Shown: positions 38,165 to 48,922, numbered from the stretch's first letter. The stretch is DNA of 64,000 nt from a bacterium (GCA_037127815.1 JBAXXP010000001.1:16936-80935); one strand, 5' to 3'. Notes: generated from the letters alone by a model not told the origin. A program made the numbers and translations.

Positions 38165-38797
38165 TTAGTATTGTACATCCAGACCTCTTTCTACCGTTCT
38201 TGGATTTGCAGTATTACAACCTATTTTATCGGCTGTTACACCAGAATTATATCCTCTAGAAATAATTCTGGTGTAGGGTACGTTTTCTGTATTACCCAAA
38301 TCATCTGTTGCACTATTATAACCTTTAGCAATCACGACTTTTGCACAAGACGGATATCCATCGGTATTATTTGAATAATCAATAATTAAAGTTGAGGTTG
38401 CTGCATCAAAAGACACCATTTTTGATGCATATATTTTACCAGCTCCGCAACGAATAGTTGCATTTTCGGTGGGTATAGGTATAGGTGTAGGTGTAGCTGC
38501 GACAACAGTAGAAGATGCAGAAAATGGACCATCATCCAAAACATTTGTTCCATCAGCATTTTTTACATCCCAAAACTGTACACATTCAGAGCCAGAGTCA
38601 GCTGCATAAAAAGCAATCTGTGAATCTTTTCCTGAGCCTGCAAGAAGTAATTGCTTCAAAATAATATTCCCAATAGAAAAACCAACAGCAAGCAGAAGGC
38701 TTGAGACAACCATAGCCACAAAGAGTGTAAAACCAGAAGATCTGCTTTCTCTTGTGCTGTTCTTTTTGTTTTTCATCAGTTTATTTAAATTAATCAT
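38165..38797 (-). CDS. Type IV pilus minor pilin (prepilin-type N-terminal domain)
   Basis: ...SRSSG|FTLFVAMVVSSLLLAVGFSI prepilin cleavage and methylation motif. First of four consecutive pseudopilin genes. Confidence 0.55.
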   Translation of the reverse strand: MINLNKLMKNKKNSTRESRSSGFTLFVAMVVSSLLLAVGFSIGNIILKQLLLAGSGKDSQIAFYAADSGSECVQFWDVKNADGTNVLDDGPFSASSTVVAATPTPIPIPTENATIRCGAGKIYASKMVSFDAATSTLIIDYSNNTDGYPSCAKVVIAKGYNSATDDLGNTENVPYTRIISRGYNSGVTADKIGCNTANPRTVERGLDVQY

Positions 38798-38818
38798 ATT
38801 GTAATTATATTACTTAAA

Positions 38819-39478
38819 TTATAAACCATTTTTAGAAGCCCAGTTTGTAAAATACTCTTTTAAAGTAAGCTTTGATTGACTACTTCCAGTTTTCCAATAC
38901 ATATTCACAACCATAACAATTTCTTGCGGGACTGCCGGTTGAGTACCTGTAGGCATAGGTACTCTTTCAAAATATATCTCTCTTTTAAATATAGAATCTG
39001 TTACTACACTCCCTGTTGTTTTACCAAAAATACCATCCCCAATCTTTAAAAAATTATCATTGTATGCATCAAATTGATATCCACCAACACCTATAGTCAA
39101 GGATACTGTATTTGTCTTAGTAGTTGCAGCATTAGGAGCCGTCAGTATCATCTTGGTTCCGAATACACCGTCAGCTGTATTATCTCCAAGCCATATTCTT
39201 CTATCAGCATATTTCGCATTATCAACGTAAAACCCCGTAATTCCAATGCTCTGAACATCTCTCAAATTCCTTACATATTCAATTGCCTCCTGCGCCAGAT
39301 AATAAGCGGTCATTTGGTCTCTTGTGTAATACGATGAATGCAAAGCCTGCGCAATAATTCCGAGAGGCCCAATAACAGCAATTGTCAAAATAGAAATTGC
39401 GACCAAAGTTTCTACCATAGTTAAGCCTGCGTTACTTCTCACCTTACCAATATTTAATTTTATTTTTTTCAGGAACAT
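38819..39478 (-). CDS. Type IV pilus minor pilin (PilW/FimT-like)
   Basis: ...RSNAG|LTMVETLVAISILTIAVIGPL prepilin N-terminus, with Glu at +5. Confidence 0.6.
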   Translation of the reverse strand: MFLKKIKLNIGKVRSNAGLTMVETLVAISILTIAVIGPLGIIAQALHSSYYTRDQMTAYYLAQEAIEYVRNLRDVQSIGITGFYVDNAKYADRRIWLGDNTADGVFGTKMILTAPNAATTKTNTVSLTIGVGGYQFDAYNDNFLKIGDGIFGKTTGSVVTDSIFKREIYFERVPMPTGTQPAVPQEIVMVVNMYWKTGSSQSKLTLKEYFTNWASKNGL

Positions 39479-39483
39479 ATTTA

Positions 39484-40125
39484 TTATTTTGGTAGATTTA
39501 GATTTCTTTGAGAAATATATGTCTGCACTGTAAAATCAGAAGTCTGGGTTGGGTTCACATTTGCCGTTCCATTCATCGTAAGAAACACACTCGGTTGACC
39601 AGTATAATTTGCAGAGATGGGATTACTCACAACAAATTTTAAATCCTTAATATCAACTTCTGGTGATGTTAATGGATATTGGGAAACGACTTCGGACCCT
39701 GTGCGGGTTTCTTTCCATATTCTACCCTTACCGTCTGTCACTTCACGATAATATCTAACACCTCTTTTTTCACCTGTAATTGTGGATACTAGGGAAATAG
39801 AGAAGAACGACGTATTGGGAGTACAACCATTATCACCAGATAGATTAGAAGTCGTGGATGCTGAAATAACATTCACAGTACAGGTGTAAGCATATCCTGT
39901 TTTAATGTCTCTGACCATACTTTCGACTGCAAAGTTTAAGTTATTAGCTACAGCATTTATTGCTTGAGCTTTTTTGTTACCATCAACGATAGATAAGATT
40001 GCTCCAAGACTCAGAGTCATAACCATAGCAAATAAACTAACAGAAACCATAACCTCAATAAGGGTAAAACCTCTTTTTTGATTGGTATTCTTTTCAGTTT
40101 TATTTTTATTATTATTTCTAATCAT
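39484..40125 (-). CDS. Type IV pilus minor pilin (PilV-like)
   Basis: ...NQKRG|FTLIEVMVSVSLFAMVMTLSLGAIL prepilin N-terminus. Confidence 0.6.
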   Translation of the reverse strand: MIRNNNKNKTEKNTNQKRGFTLIEVMVSVSLFAMVMTLSLGAILSIVDGNKKAQAINAVANNLNFAVESMVRDIKTGYAYTCTVNVISASTTSNLSGDNGCTPNTSFFSISLVSTITGEKRGVRYYREVTDGKGRIWKETRTGSEVVSQYPLTSPEVDIKDLKFVVSNPISANYTGQPSVFLTMNGTANVNPTQTSDFTVQTYISQRNLNLPK

Positions 40126-40167
40126 TTTTTTATTATTTACTATTTTTCAATAGAACCTCACATTATT

Positions 40168-40869
40168 TTACGGAATTGGAGTAGTGGGTGTTGTACAATT
40201 AAGTCCTGGATTAGGAACCCCCGGATTCTCAACTCTTATCTGCCCAGTAACTTCAACTACAATAGCTCTACAGTTTGTCCCCTCCGCATTGTTTACAATA
40301 ATTCTTGCAGGACCCACAGCCTGAGTGACACCAAGACTAGCATCAACAACATAAAAAGTAGCCTCAGGATTTGGTCTTTTAAACATTATAGCTAGTTTTT
40401 CACTAGATTGCAGAGACATACAGGCAGGGTCAGTACCATGGGCGACGCAAGCTCCTGTAATTTTATTTCCTCTCTGGTTCTGAATTTGATACATTGATTG
40501 AACTTCTGATGGTTGACCATCAGACTCAAGTATGCGGGGCACTTTGTTATCATCAGCGTCACCAAATACAACAACTTGATTTGAAATTCCCATATCAAAA
40601 TACGCACCATATCCCATATTAAAATTAGGATTGGCAGAGGCTGTTGCTCTCACTCCAATACCATAGGTCTGTGCCTCTCTTACAGAAAGTGCAGTCTCAT
40701 ACGCAAGGTTCGTTATCAAAATACTACTATTCAATCCAGTCTGATTAAATAATGCAGCACCCATAATTACAGCAAAAATACCAAGAACAACAATAAGCTC
40801 AATCATAGTAAACCCCCCATTCTTTAGCTTTACAATCTGCTTATTTTTTTTAGAAAAAATTACCTTCAT
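40168..40869 (-). CDS. Type IV pilus minor pilin (FimT/GspH-like)
   Basis: ...LKNGG|FTMIELIVVLGIFAVIMGAALF prepilin N-terminus. Confidence 0.6.
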   Translation of the reverse strand: MKVIFSKKNKQIVKLKNGGFTMIELIVVLGIFAVIMGAALFNQTGLNSSILITNLAYETALSVREAQTYGIGVRATASANPNFNMGYGAYFDMGISNQVVVFGDADDNKVPRILESDGQPSEVQSMYQIQNQRGNKITGACVAHGTDPACMSLQSSEKLAIMFKRPNPEATFYVVDASLGVTQAVGPARIIVNNAEGTNCRAIVVEVTGQIRVENPGVPNPGLNCTTPTTPIP

Positions 40870-40910
40870 TAGCTATATTGTAACACAACAGAAAACAAGA
40901 AAATAGTAAA

Positions 40911-41915
40911 TTATGAATTAAATATCGCAAGAAAATCCATTACAGAAATATTTAAGAAGAATACAATCAACAGTCCAAGTATTAGGAATGGTGCAAACGG
41001 TATCTCACTTTGAAATTTAACAGAATACAGTTGCTTGAAATCACTTTGTATTCCCATTCTATTCTTTCTGTTTGCCGTCTTTTTTGATATAAATTTCATC
41101 ACAGCAACGCCTCCCATTGCAATAAGTGATATTATTGCTCCAATCCAGAAGGCAAAAACAACAGCTGAGAAGCCATATTTAACTCCAAGAAGCCATCCGA
41201 TTCCTAACCCGAGCTTTGCATCACCAAGTCCCATCCACTTCCCTCCTGAGATAAGCCAAATGAAATAGAATGGAAATGCAACGAAGATTCCAGAAAGTAG
41301 CATCATATACCCATCAAAGTTCAGTGGTATGCCAAAAAGAATACTAGAAGTTTCATAATTGAAGCTGAGAAAAATCTGAAGAAATGCTATAGCAGCAAAT
41401 GCGTATGAGAATTCATCGGGAATAATTTTATGCTTGAAATCATAAACTGTCATCAGAACCAGCAAACACATAATTATTAAAGATACCCCTACAGATACAC
41501 CAAAAATTAATGGCGACACCTCAAGTATTGCTGCGTTTTTTAAATATACAAACAAAAACAGAACGGCAGTGAAAATCTCTACCAATACATATTGTGGAGA
41601 TATCTTACTTTTACACGTTCTACATTTTCCTTTTAGGAATATCCAACTGAAAATTGGGAACAGGTCTATTACAGACAATGTTCTTCTGCACGATGGACAT
41701 TTAGAGCGACCCCCCAACCCCCTCCCTGTATTAAATCTATATAAAACTACATTCAAGAAACTTCCAATAATGGCGCCAAAAATAAAAAAGGCAAATGATA
41801 AGAAAATGGTCATGTCTATATAATACATTATTATTGGTGTGCTGGCGATTGGGTAGTTTCCAGCTGTATTTTGTGATTTTAGAACAACAAAAAAACCGAG
41901 CCGGAATATCTCCAA
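40911..41915 (-). CDS. pilD: Prepilin peptidase / N-methyltransferase PilD (A24 family)
   Basis: GAIIGSFLNVVLYR TM1 motif. A CPSC...CRTC tetracysteine Zn site in the first cytoplasmic loop. Catalytic Asp-containing helices. The likely true start is MTIFLSF (41813), since the track ORF adds 34 N-terminal residues. Confidence 0.8.
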   Translation of the reverse strand: MEIFRLGFFVVLKSQNTAGNYPIASTPIIMYYIDMTIFLSFAFFIFGAIIGSFLNVVLYRFNTGRGLGGRSKCPSCRRTLSVIDLFPIFSWIFLKGKCRTCKSKISPQYVLVEIFTAVLFLFVYLKNAAILEVSPLIFGVSVGVSLIIMCLLVLMTVYDFKHKIIPDEFSYAFAAIAFLQIFLSFNYETSSILFGIPLNFDGYMMLLSGIFVAFPFYFIWLISGGKWMGLGDAKLGLGIGWLLGVKYGFSAVVFAFWIGAIISLIAMGGVAVMKFISKKTANRKNRMGIQSDFKQLYSVKFQSEIPFAPFLILGLLIVFFLNISVMDFLAIFNS

Positions 41916-41948
41916 ACTCGGTTTTTAATTCTCCCAAACTATGTCAAA

Positions 41949-42374
41949 TTAACTTCCACAAACACCCCCCGTAACTGTATTTCCTGTTGTAGAAGCTGAT
42001 TTTCCAGTACTATCTACACACCAATATGCGCCAGACGTCTTTGCTGCTACAGCCCAAGCTGTAGTTGATGCGGTACAATAAACGGAATTTACTGGTGAAG
42101 TTTTTGTCTTAACATCCGTTATAAGAGTTTTTAAGCCTGTATCTGCGATAAAAATACCACCGGTACAGTCAGCAGAACTACTGTAACTTCCAGCTGTCGA
42201 ATAATACAACTCCGCCTGAGCTCTCATGTTTGAAAGCTCAGATTGGATAGCTGCATCCTGTCCTTTTGTTCTCGCTGTTGTAAGTGAAGCTAACACAACA
42301 GATGAAAGAATACCGATGATAGCAATAACTACCAAGAGCTCGATCAATGTGAAACCTTTATTTGAATTTTTCAT
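41949..42374 (-). CDS. pilA: Major type IV pilin (PilA-like)
   Basis: 141 aa. Short leader MKNSNKG|FTLIELLVVIAIIGILSSVVLASL. A C-terminal Cys pair (C...C) forms a D-region disulfide. The size is typical of a major pilin. Confidence 0.7.
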   Translation of the reverse strand: MKNSNKGFTLIELLVVIAIIGILSSVVLASLTTARTKGQDAAIQSELSNMRAQAELYYSTAGSYSSSADCTGGIFIADTGLKTLITDVKTKTSPVNSVYCTASTTAWAVAAKTSGAYWCVDSTGKSASTTGNTVTGGVCGS

Positions 42375-42458
42375 AAACTATTTTTAAATTTAATTGTTAT
42401 AACAATGAGACTGGCCGAAAACCGAAACTGATTTTTAACTTGATTTTGATTTCAAAAT

Positions 42459-42489
42459 TACGTGAGTGTCTTAAATAGACATTCACGTA
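42459..42489 (-). terminator. Hairpin (TACGTGAGTGTC-ttaaata-GACATTCACGTA) between pilC and pilA, followed by a T-rich tract on the minus strand
   Basis: 12-bp stem with one G.U. On the minus strand the stem is followed by ATTTTGAAATC. It is a candidate terminator or attenuator that separates the pilA transcript. Confidence 0.35.
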
Positions 42490-42580
42490 TGTTTAATTAT
42501 ATACTATATATACAAATAGGCTATTTTGATGTGTGGATAGGTCATTTGCGTCCATTACTTTTTTCCTTCTTTCCCAATTA

Positions 42581-43792
42581 CTACATAGATGAAGACACGT
42601 TGTAAATAGGAATCAAAACTGACGCGAGCAAGAATCCAACACCAAGACCAAGTGCAACAATCATAATAGGTTCAATCAAGTCCACAAGTGTATCAACTGC
42701 TTGCATAACCTCTCTTTGATAGAATTTAGCAAGAGTCTTTAGAATTCCACCCACATCTCCCGTCTCCTCTCCAACCTTAACCATCTGTACCATAATTCCT
42801 GGAATTTCTTTTTGATAGGGCATCAATGAATCAGACAATGACTTACCACCTCTAACCGCTTCCAATGCGTCATTCAACAAATCTTCATAAACTTTATTGT
42901 CCACAACCTTACTTGTAAGTTCAAGTGCTTTAACCATAGGAACACCAGAAATTAGCTGTGTGTTCATGTTATCTGCAATTCTTGAAAGATACAGTTTCTT
43001 ATACAAACTACTTACATAAGGAATCTCTAATTTAAATTTTGCAAACGAGTCCTTGCCAGCTGGTGTTCTTGCGTAATAAATAAGTAAAATAATTCCTGCA
43101 ATGAACACCGCCAAAAAGAAGAATCCATATCTCACCATAAAATTACTAAGTCCAATAACAATTTTTGTATAAATAGGAACCTCTTGTCCAGAATCAAGAA
43201 TAATTGAAGAGATTTTTGGAATAACCACAGTAAGCATCAGAATCATAACGGCAAAGAATGTGAAGATAACAAAGGCTGGATAAATTAAGGCATTCTTAAC
43301 CTTTGATGAAACTTCATAACTTCTATCAAGATAGTCAGCTAGGTATTCAAATGTCTCATCCAACTTACCAGACTCCTCCCCCGCCTTGATCATGTTTGTA
43401 TAAAAAGAGGAGAAAACTCTTGGATGCTTTGACAAAGCAGATGACATGGATGTACCACCCTGAATATCTTCTGCAACTTCTGAAAGAATTATTCTAAGAT
43501 TCTTATTCTCCATTTCCCCCGCTAGCAATCTAAAGATTCTAAGAGCAGAAACCTGCGCAGTAAAGAGTGTAGCCAACTGACGAGACAAAATAACAATATC
43601 CTTGTTTGAGATACCTGTACCAAAAATAGCCAAATCTCTACTTAAAAGACCTTTATCTTCAGCTGGCTTAATTGAGGAAATTGTCAGATTTCTTCTTTGA
43701 AGAGAGTTTATGGCAATATCAACATTGATTGCATCAATTGTTCCTTCACTCTCGGCTCCACCTTCTCCTATTGCTTTGTATTTGAATAACAT
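42581..43792 (-). CDS. pilC: Type IV pilus platform protein PilC (GspF family)
   Basis: 403 aa. Two GspF repeats with three transmembrane helices each. Confidence 0.85.
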   Translation of the reverse strand: MLFKYKAIGEGGAESEGTIDAINVDIAINSLQRRNLTISSIKPAEDKGLLSRDLAIFGTGISNKDIVILSRQLATLFTAQVSALRIFRLLAGEMENKNLRIILSEVAEDIQGGTSMSSALSKHPRVFSSFYTNMIKAGEESGKLDETFEYLADYLDRSYEVSSKVKNALIYPAFVIFTFFAVMILMLTVVIPKISSIILDSGQEVPIYTKIVIGLSNFMVRYGFFFLAVFIAGIILLIYYARTPAGKDSFAKFKLEIPYVSSLYKKLYLSRIADNMNTQLISGVPMVKALELTSKVVDNKVYEDLLNDALEAVRGGKSLSDSLMPYQKEIPGIMVQMVKVGEETGDVGGILKTLAKFYQREVMQAVDTLVDLIEPIMIVALGLGVGFLLASVLIPIYNVSSSM

Positions 43793-43812
43793 CTTTTTTA
43801 GATTTGTTTAAA

Positions 43813-44874
43813 TTATACCATTCTTTCTAGATTTTTTGGATTCAAAGAATGCTTATATGCAGATTCAATTGAAATTTCCCCACGTCTTACTAGCTCCGCA
43901 AGGGACCTATTCATATCAATCATACCATCACCCATTCCCGTTTCAATTACGGTATTTATTTCATATGATCTTTTCTCTCTAATTAAGTTTGCTGTTGCGT
44001 TGTTTGCAATCATAAGCTCAAAGGCAGGAACCATTCCACCTGAAATTTTTGGAATTAATCTTTGTGAAAATATTCCGGTTAAGGATGATGCCAGCTGTGT
44101 TCTAATTTGATCCTGTTGTTCAGGTGGAAATGAATCTATAATTCTATCAATGGTTTGCGATGCATTATTAGTATGAAGTGTTGAAAGAACTAAGTGACCA
44201 GTCTCGGCTGCTGTTACCGCAGCTGATATTGTCTCCGTATTCCTCATCTCTCCCAATAGAATAACGTTAACGTCTTGACGCAAAACTGAGGTTAGTGCAG
44301 CTTCAAAACTATTTGTATCAACAAAAATCTCTCTTTGGTCAATAATAGATTTCTTTTGTTCATACAAATATTCAATGGGGTTTTCAATTGTGATAATATG
44401 TTCTGCTCTTTCTTGATTAATAAGTTCAACCATAGACGCCAGGGTTGTTGACTTGCCTTGTCCAACTGGACCAACTACCAAAAAGAAACCTTGCTTCATT
44501 CTGGCAAAGCTTTCCAGAATTTCTGGTAACCCTAACTCCTTAAGTGTCTTTATTTTATTTTGAATAAGTCTAAGTGCAATAGTATGAGCACTTCTTTGTA
44601 TATACGCATTACCTCTAAATCTTGACACTTCATTAAACTGATACGAGAAGTCCAACTCTTTATTGTCTAAAAATCTTTTACGAGAAGCTTCATCTATCAT
44701 TAAATTTAACAAGGAATCAATATCATCATGTGTAAGAAGTGGTTTTTTAACTAATGGAATTAAAACCCCATTAACTCTAACTGTTGGATGTCTACCCTCA
44801 GACAAGTGTAAATCAGACGCCCCCTCTAGGGTAACTGTTGATAAAAGGTCTTTTAATTCTTGTTCGTAATTCAT
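43813..44874 (-). CDS. pilT: Twitching-motility retraction ATPase PilT
   Basis: 353 aa. Walker A GPVGQGKST, Asp box, Walker B and His box. Its size is PilT-like and it lacks the long PilB N-domain. Confidence 0.85.
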   Translation of the reverse strand: MNYEQELKDLLSTVTLEGASDLHLSEGRHPTVRVNGVLIPLVKKPLLTHDDIDSLLNLMIDEASRKRFLDNKELDFSYQFNEVSRFRGNAYIQRSAHTIALRLIQNKIKTLKELGLPEILESFARMKQGFFLVVGPVGQGKSTTLASMVELINQERAEHIITIENPIEYLYEQKKSIIDQREIFVDTNSFEAALTSVLRQDVNVILLGEMRNTETISAAVTAAETGHLVLSTLHTNNASQTIDRIIDSFPPEQQDQIRTQLASSLTGIFSQRLIPKISGGMVPAFELMIANNATANLIREKRSYEINTVIETGMGDGMIDMNRSLAELVRRGEISIESAYKHSLNPKNLERMV

Positions 44875-44898
44875 ATTTTTTATTTTAATAGTTTAAAA

Positions 44899-45315
44899 TT
44901 ATATAGAAACACCTACCCTTCTATCTTTTGTTCTCTCTAAAAGAGCAAAAACTTCTGTGACAATTTCTGATGGAATAGATGTTGCCTTAACAATATAACC
45001 ATCAACACCAAGACTTTTGGCCTTCTCAATATCAGATGGCTGTCCTTGATTACTAAGCATCATAATAGCAGCTCTCTTTGCTAGGCCGTCCACCCTGATT
45101 GCGTTCAACGCCTCTATGCCATCCATTACAGGCATTACAACATCCAGAAGAATGACATCAGGTTCGTATCCATCCTTTAGTTTGGTAACAGCAACCAAAC
45201 CATTGCCAGCTAAAGTAACATCAAATCTATTATTGGTAAATTTTATTGAATACATATTCAATAAAAACTTATCATCATCCACAATCATTACTTTAAATGG
45301 TATATCTCCGTTCAT
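44899..45315 (-). CDS. Single-domain response regulator (CheY-like receiver) embedded in the pilus locus
   Basis: 138 aa. Phospho-acceptor Asp in ILLDVVMPVMDG, and DD at the N-terminus (MIVDDDKF). Confidence 0.75.
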   Translation of the reverse strand: MNGDIPFKVMIVDDDKFLLNMYSIKFTNNRFDVTLAGNGLVAVTKLKDGYEPDVILLDVVMPVMDGIEALNAIRVDGLAKRAAIMMLSNQGQPSDIEKAKSLGVDGYIVKATSIPSEIVTEVFALLERTKDRRVGVSI

Positions 45316-45406
45316 GTTTTTATTATATCACAAAACAATTACAAAAAAATGTAGATAGTAACATTCCAACATAAAAAAAACACTTCTCTCTACGCAATAG
45401 ATCTTA

Positions 45407-47134
45407 CTAAACTTTACTGATTTCTTCCATCGGAATAACTTTATTTAAAGCCTTGATTGTAGCATCCTCTTTCATTAAAATCATACCTTGAGTTCTTGCA
45501 TATTTTGTAATTGCAATTTCAGTTGGCTCTTTTAGAATAATTTCCTGCATTGTTTTATCCACCTCAAACATTTCAGTTACAGCGATTCTTCCTTTTGTTC
45601 CACGTGGACAATCTGGAGTGGGACTAATTTTATAGACGTCCTTCATTTCAGGAATAACCCCTCTAAATTCTGTTGGGATTTCTTCAAGGAATTTGTCAAA
45701 AATTGTCTTAATACTTCCTTCTACTGGAATTGTCGTAACAGCAGATTCATATGACTTACCAACAAGACGCTGTGCCATTCCCAAAATCAACGTAGGAGCA
45801 ATAAGATAAGGGTCAATTCCCATGTCCACAAGTCTAGGGATAATACCAACAGCTGAGTTGGTGTGAATTGTTGATAGCACCAAGTGACCAGTAAGAGCGG
45901 CTTGAATAGCCAACTCCGCCGTCTCCTTATCTCTAATCTCTCCAACCATTATAATATCTGGGTCCTGGCGAAGAGTAGTACGCAATCCAGTTGCAAAAGT
46001 ATATCCAATTTCTGGTCTAACCTGAGACTGACTTAATCCCTCAATATTATATTCAACCGGATCCTCAAGTGACAGCACATTGTTTTCTTCCAAATCAAGC
46101 TCCTTAACCATAGAATAAAGGGTTGTTGTCTTTCCAGATCCTGTAGGACCAGAAATAAGGATTAACCCATAAGGCTTATCTAATGCCTCTTTAATTAATT
46201 TAAGATTTCTCTCTGGAAACCCTAACTCATCAAGTTTTTGAACACTTTTTTGTTGATCCAAGATACGCATTTCAACTTTTTCTCCATAATATGTTGGAAA
46301 TGTAGATACACGAAAGTCAATCTTTCTTCCGTCAATTCTTGCGGAAAAACGGTTATCTTGTGGCTTACGTTTTTCATCGAGCTTAATATTGGAAAGAATT
46401 TTAATACGCGCAACAAGAGCGTCGTGAACTTTTGCAGGCAAAACAATACTTGTATATAAAACACCGTCTACTCGGAAACGAACACGAACTCTATCCTTCA
46501 TTGGTTCAATATGAACGTCAGATACTCCTCCCTCAATTGCATAACGTAAGATTGTTGCAACAATTTTTGTAACTGGCGCGTCTTCAATTATATTAGGTGC
46601 TCCCCCAACAGCAGGAGCCTTACCAAGATCACCTCTATCCTTCATCATTTCAACCTCTTCTGCTGAAAATTCAGTCTCTAAATCACCGAGAGCTTTATTA
46701 ACTTCTCCGGCAATTCCATTATAAGCGGCTAATGCCTGGGTGAAATCATCCTCAGAGATAAGGAAGATTTTAAAAGGCATATTTGTCTTATTTGAAATAA
46801 AATTAAGAGCGTCTCTCGCCTCAATATTCTCAGGATCCACAATTCCAACCTCAAGAACTCCATCGGAAATACCAAGTGGAATAATTTTATAGTGATTTGC
46901 AGATTCTTCTGGAATATATTTTAAAACATCAAAAGCAATGTCCTTTCCGTCAAGTTCTCTTGTTGGTATTTTAAGATACTCACCTTTTGCTTTTACTATT
47001 GCTGTATTACTAATCTGTTTGGCACGCAAAATATCCTCTACAGATTGACCTGTGGTTGTTGCTTCATCTGATATGTATGGGATATCCTCCGCTGATATCA
47101 CATTTTGCTTTGCTAATACGTCTAAAAAACTCAT
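45407..47134 (-). CDS. pilB: Type IV pilus assembly ATPase PilB (GspE family)
   Basis: 575 aa. N-terminal GSPII_E_N domain. Walker A GPTGSGKTT, Asp box, Walker B, His box. Confidence 0.9.
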   Translation of the reverse strand: MSFLDVLAKQNVISAEDIPYISDEATTTGQSVEDILRAKQISNTAIVKAKGEYLKIPTRELDGKDIAFDVLKYIPEESANHYKIIPLGISDGVLEVGIVDPENIEARDALNFISNKTNMPFKIFLISEDDFTQALAAYNGIAGEVNKALGDLETEFSAEEVEMMKDRGDLGKAPAVGGAPNIIEDAPVTKIVATILRYAIEGGVSDVHIEPMKDRVRVRFRVDGVLYTSIVLPAKVHDALVARIKILSNIKLDEKRKPQDNRFSARIDGRKIDFRVSTFPTYYGEKVEMRILDQQKSVQKLDELGFPERNLKLIKEALDKPYGLILISGPTGSGKTTTLYSMVKELDLEENNVLSLEDPVEYNIEGLSQSQVRPEIGYTFATGLRTTLRQDPDIIMVGEIRDKETAELAIQAALTGHLVLSTIHTNSAVGIIPRLVDMGIDPYLIAPTLILGMAQRLVGKSYESAVTTIPVEGSIKTIFDKFLEEIPTEFRGVIPEMKDVYKISPTPDCPRGTKGRIAVTEMFEVDKTMQEIILKEPTEIAITKYARTQGMILMKEDATIKALNKVIPMEEISKV

Positions 47135-47144
47135 ATTTATTTTA

Positions 47145-47687
47145 TTATTGTGGAAGTGCCACTGGAACAGCTTTCTTTTTAGTAGCGCTTGATGTTGCGG
47201 CCGCTGGAGCGCTTGATGTTGCAGTTTTTGGAACGAGCACTGGAGATTTTACAGCGGAGGATGTAGCGGTTGAAGTTCCAGCCGTATTTGTAATATTACC
47301 AGATATATCCTGGAAACTACCTGATGATTGTCCGGAATCAGATCCGATTGGTGCAAAAGGATTTGGTCTACCAATTTCTTGGACTTGTATTTCTAGGTGA
47401 TTATCAACTAACCCTAAAAATATAGGGTCCTTAAAGTAGGCCACTTTTAAATCAACACTTTGTATTGCAAGTAATTGATCAACGAAGCTCTTAGCTAATT
47501 CATTATTAGGCACAACAGAACCGGTAGATGCAGCGCCTGTAGTTGATGTATCAACAGAAGTTTTCTGAAGTGTTGAAGAGTCCGTAGTTGGAGCGCCGCT
47601 TGTGTAGATAGTATAAGCAATAAAAGCAACAATCAAAACTACGATTATGATGATTAAATATTTAAATTTTTTAAGTGTTTCAATCAT
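47145..47687 (-). CDS. Pilus-locus bitopic membrane protein with a Ser/Thr-rich region (PilP-like position), function unknown
   Basis: 180 aa. N-terminal transmembrane helix, then Thr/Ser-rich low complexity and a conserved-looking middle segment. Confidence 0.35.
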   Translation of the reverse strand: MIETLKKFKYLIIIIVVLIVAFIAYTIYTSGAPTTDSSTLQKTSVDTSTTGAASTGSVVPNNELAKSFVDQLLAIQSVDLKVAYFKDPIFLGLVDNHLEIQVQEIGRPNPFAPIGSDSGQSSGSFQDISGNITNTAGTSTATSSAVKSPVLVPKTATSSAPAAATSSATKKKAVPVALPQ

Positions 47688-47691
47688 GTTT

Positions 47692-48249
47692 TTATTTTAG
47701 CCAATAAGTCTGCAGGGTCACATTAAAATCATATTTATCATTGTCTGCTGCTGTAAAGGAAATTTCTGAAACATCAACTAGACGAAGGTTATCTTCAAGA
47801 CTTTGTAGAAATAGAATAAACTGATCATATGATGTTGTGACGCCAAAGTTAAGCGCGATTGTTCCATATTTTTTGTTATCAGACCCTATGCTTGGTGAAG
47901 CATTCCCTGTAGCTCCAGTCTTAGATGCACCTCCGATAACCTTTGCGCCTCTTATATTTTGAGACAAAACAAGATTGGCGATGTGTTGAATATCGATAAT
48001 AAGCTTAACGTTTTCTACTCCATCTGGGAGAAACTTATCTAGATTTTTTAATTGAACATCATCAATTTTCTTTCTATCAGATGTCAATTTCTCTCTCTTA
48101 ACCCTTAACTCCATAGCCTTACCGTTTGCTTCATCTAATTTTTGAAGATCAGCTTGCTTTTGCTGAATTAATGCATAGTTTGGATTTATATAGAAAATAA
48201 ACGCAGCTACGGCCGAAGCTATAAAAAATATTTGTGCGAGGGTTTTCAT
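47692..48249 (-). CDS. pilO: PilO-like pilus assembly protein (TM + coiled coil)
   Basis: 185 aa. N-terminal transmembrane helix, a coiled-coil (QQKQADLQKLDEANGKAMELRVKREKL) and a C-terminal domain. It follows the pilN-like gene. Confidence 0.5.
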   Translation of the reverse strand: MKTLAQIFFIASAVAAFIFYINPNYALIQQKQADLQKLDEANGKAMELRVKREKLTSDRKKIDDVQLKNLDKFLPDGVENVKLIIDIQHIANLVLSQNIRGAKVIGGASKTGATGNASPSIGSDNKKYGTIALNFGVTTSYDQFILFLQSLEDNLRLVDVSEISFTAADNDKYDFNVTLQTYWLK

Positions 48250-48250
48250 A

Positions 48251-48922
48251 TTATTGTCCTGTTACATTAGCTGGTTGAGTAGTGTCGACCGTAGTATCAG
48301 ATGGAGGAGTCCTCTTGTAAACCTGATTATTTGGATCAGACTTCATCTTGTAATAATTCAAAAGAGTAGGGTCAACTCCAGTTGTGAAAGAGAACACAGC
48401 TTTACCAGAAGCAGTTAGGTCAGGGTCACTAAAAATAGTGTTTCTAAAAACATTTCTTAATTTAGGATTAGTAAAAGCACTAGCTTGAAGCGCAACAGCT
48501 TCATAACTAACAGCCTCGCCACTCATGGAAATAGAAATTTTATCACCACCAGCGTTTGTATATTTGAAATTTGTGAATCTTGCATTCTTAAGTGTTGTAT
48601 CCCCTATCACTCCAAATAGTACTGATGGAGCAACGTGTTGTCTCAAAAGAAAATCAGCGGAATTTATTTTATCATTTAAATGAGTAAACTCTTTGATGGT
48701 ATTTTGATCGAATGAATTTCTGGCCAAATTTAAACTATTGTTTGTTGCTGCAATTTTGCTATCCAATTGATTGCTCCACAAATAGACAGCACCAGATGCC
48801 ACACCACTTGCAATAAAAATCAAAAAAGAAATCAAGAAGAAAATATTTGAGCCAGCTCTTGACCTAACTGGTTCGTTAACCGGTTGCTTTGGTATAAATG
48901 ATGATTGGAACTTTGTTTCCAT
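48251..48922 (-). CDS. pilN: PilN-like pilus assembly protein
   Basis: 223 aa. Short cytoplasmic N-terminus, a single transmembrane helix and a periplasmic domain. It lies directly downstream of pilM, as in pilMNO operons. Confidence 0.5.
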   Translation of the reverse strand: METKFQSSFIPKQPVNEPVRSRAGSNIFFLISFLIFIASGVASGAVYLWSNQLDSKIAATNNSLNLARNSFDQNTIKEFTHLNDKINSADFLLRQHVAPSVLFGVIGDTTLKNARFTNFKYTNAGGDKISISMSGEAVSYEAVALQASAFTNPKLRNVFRNTIFSDPDLTASGKAVFSFTTGVDPTLLNYYKMKSDPNNQVYKRTPPSDTTVDTTQPANVTGQ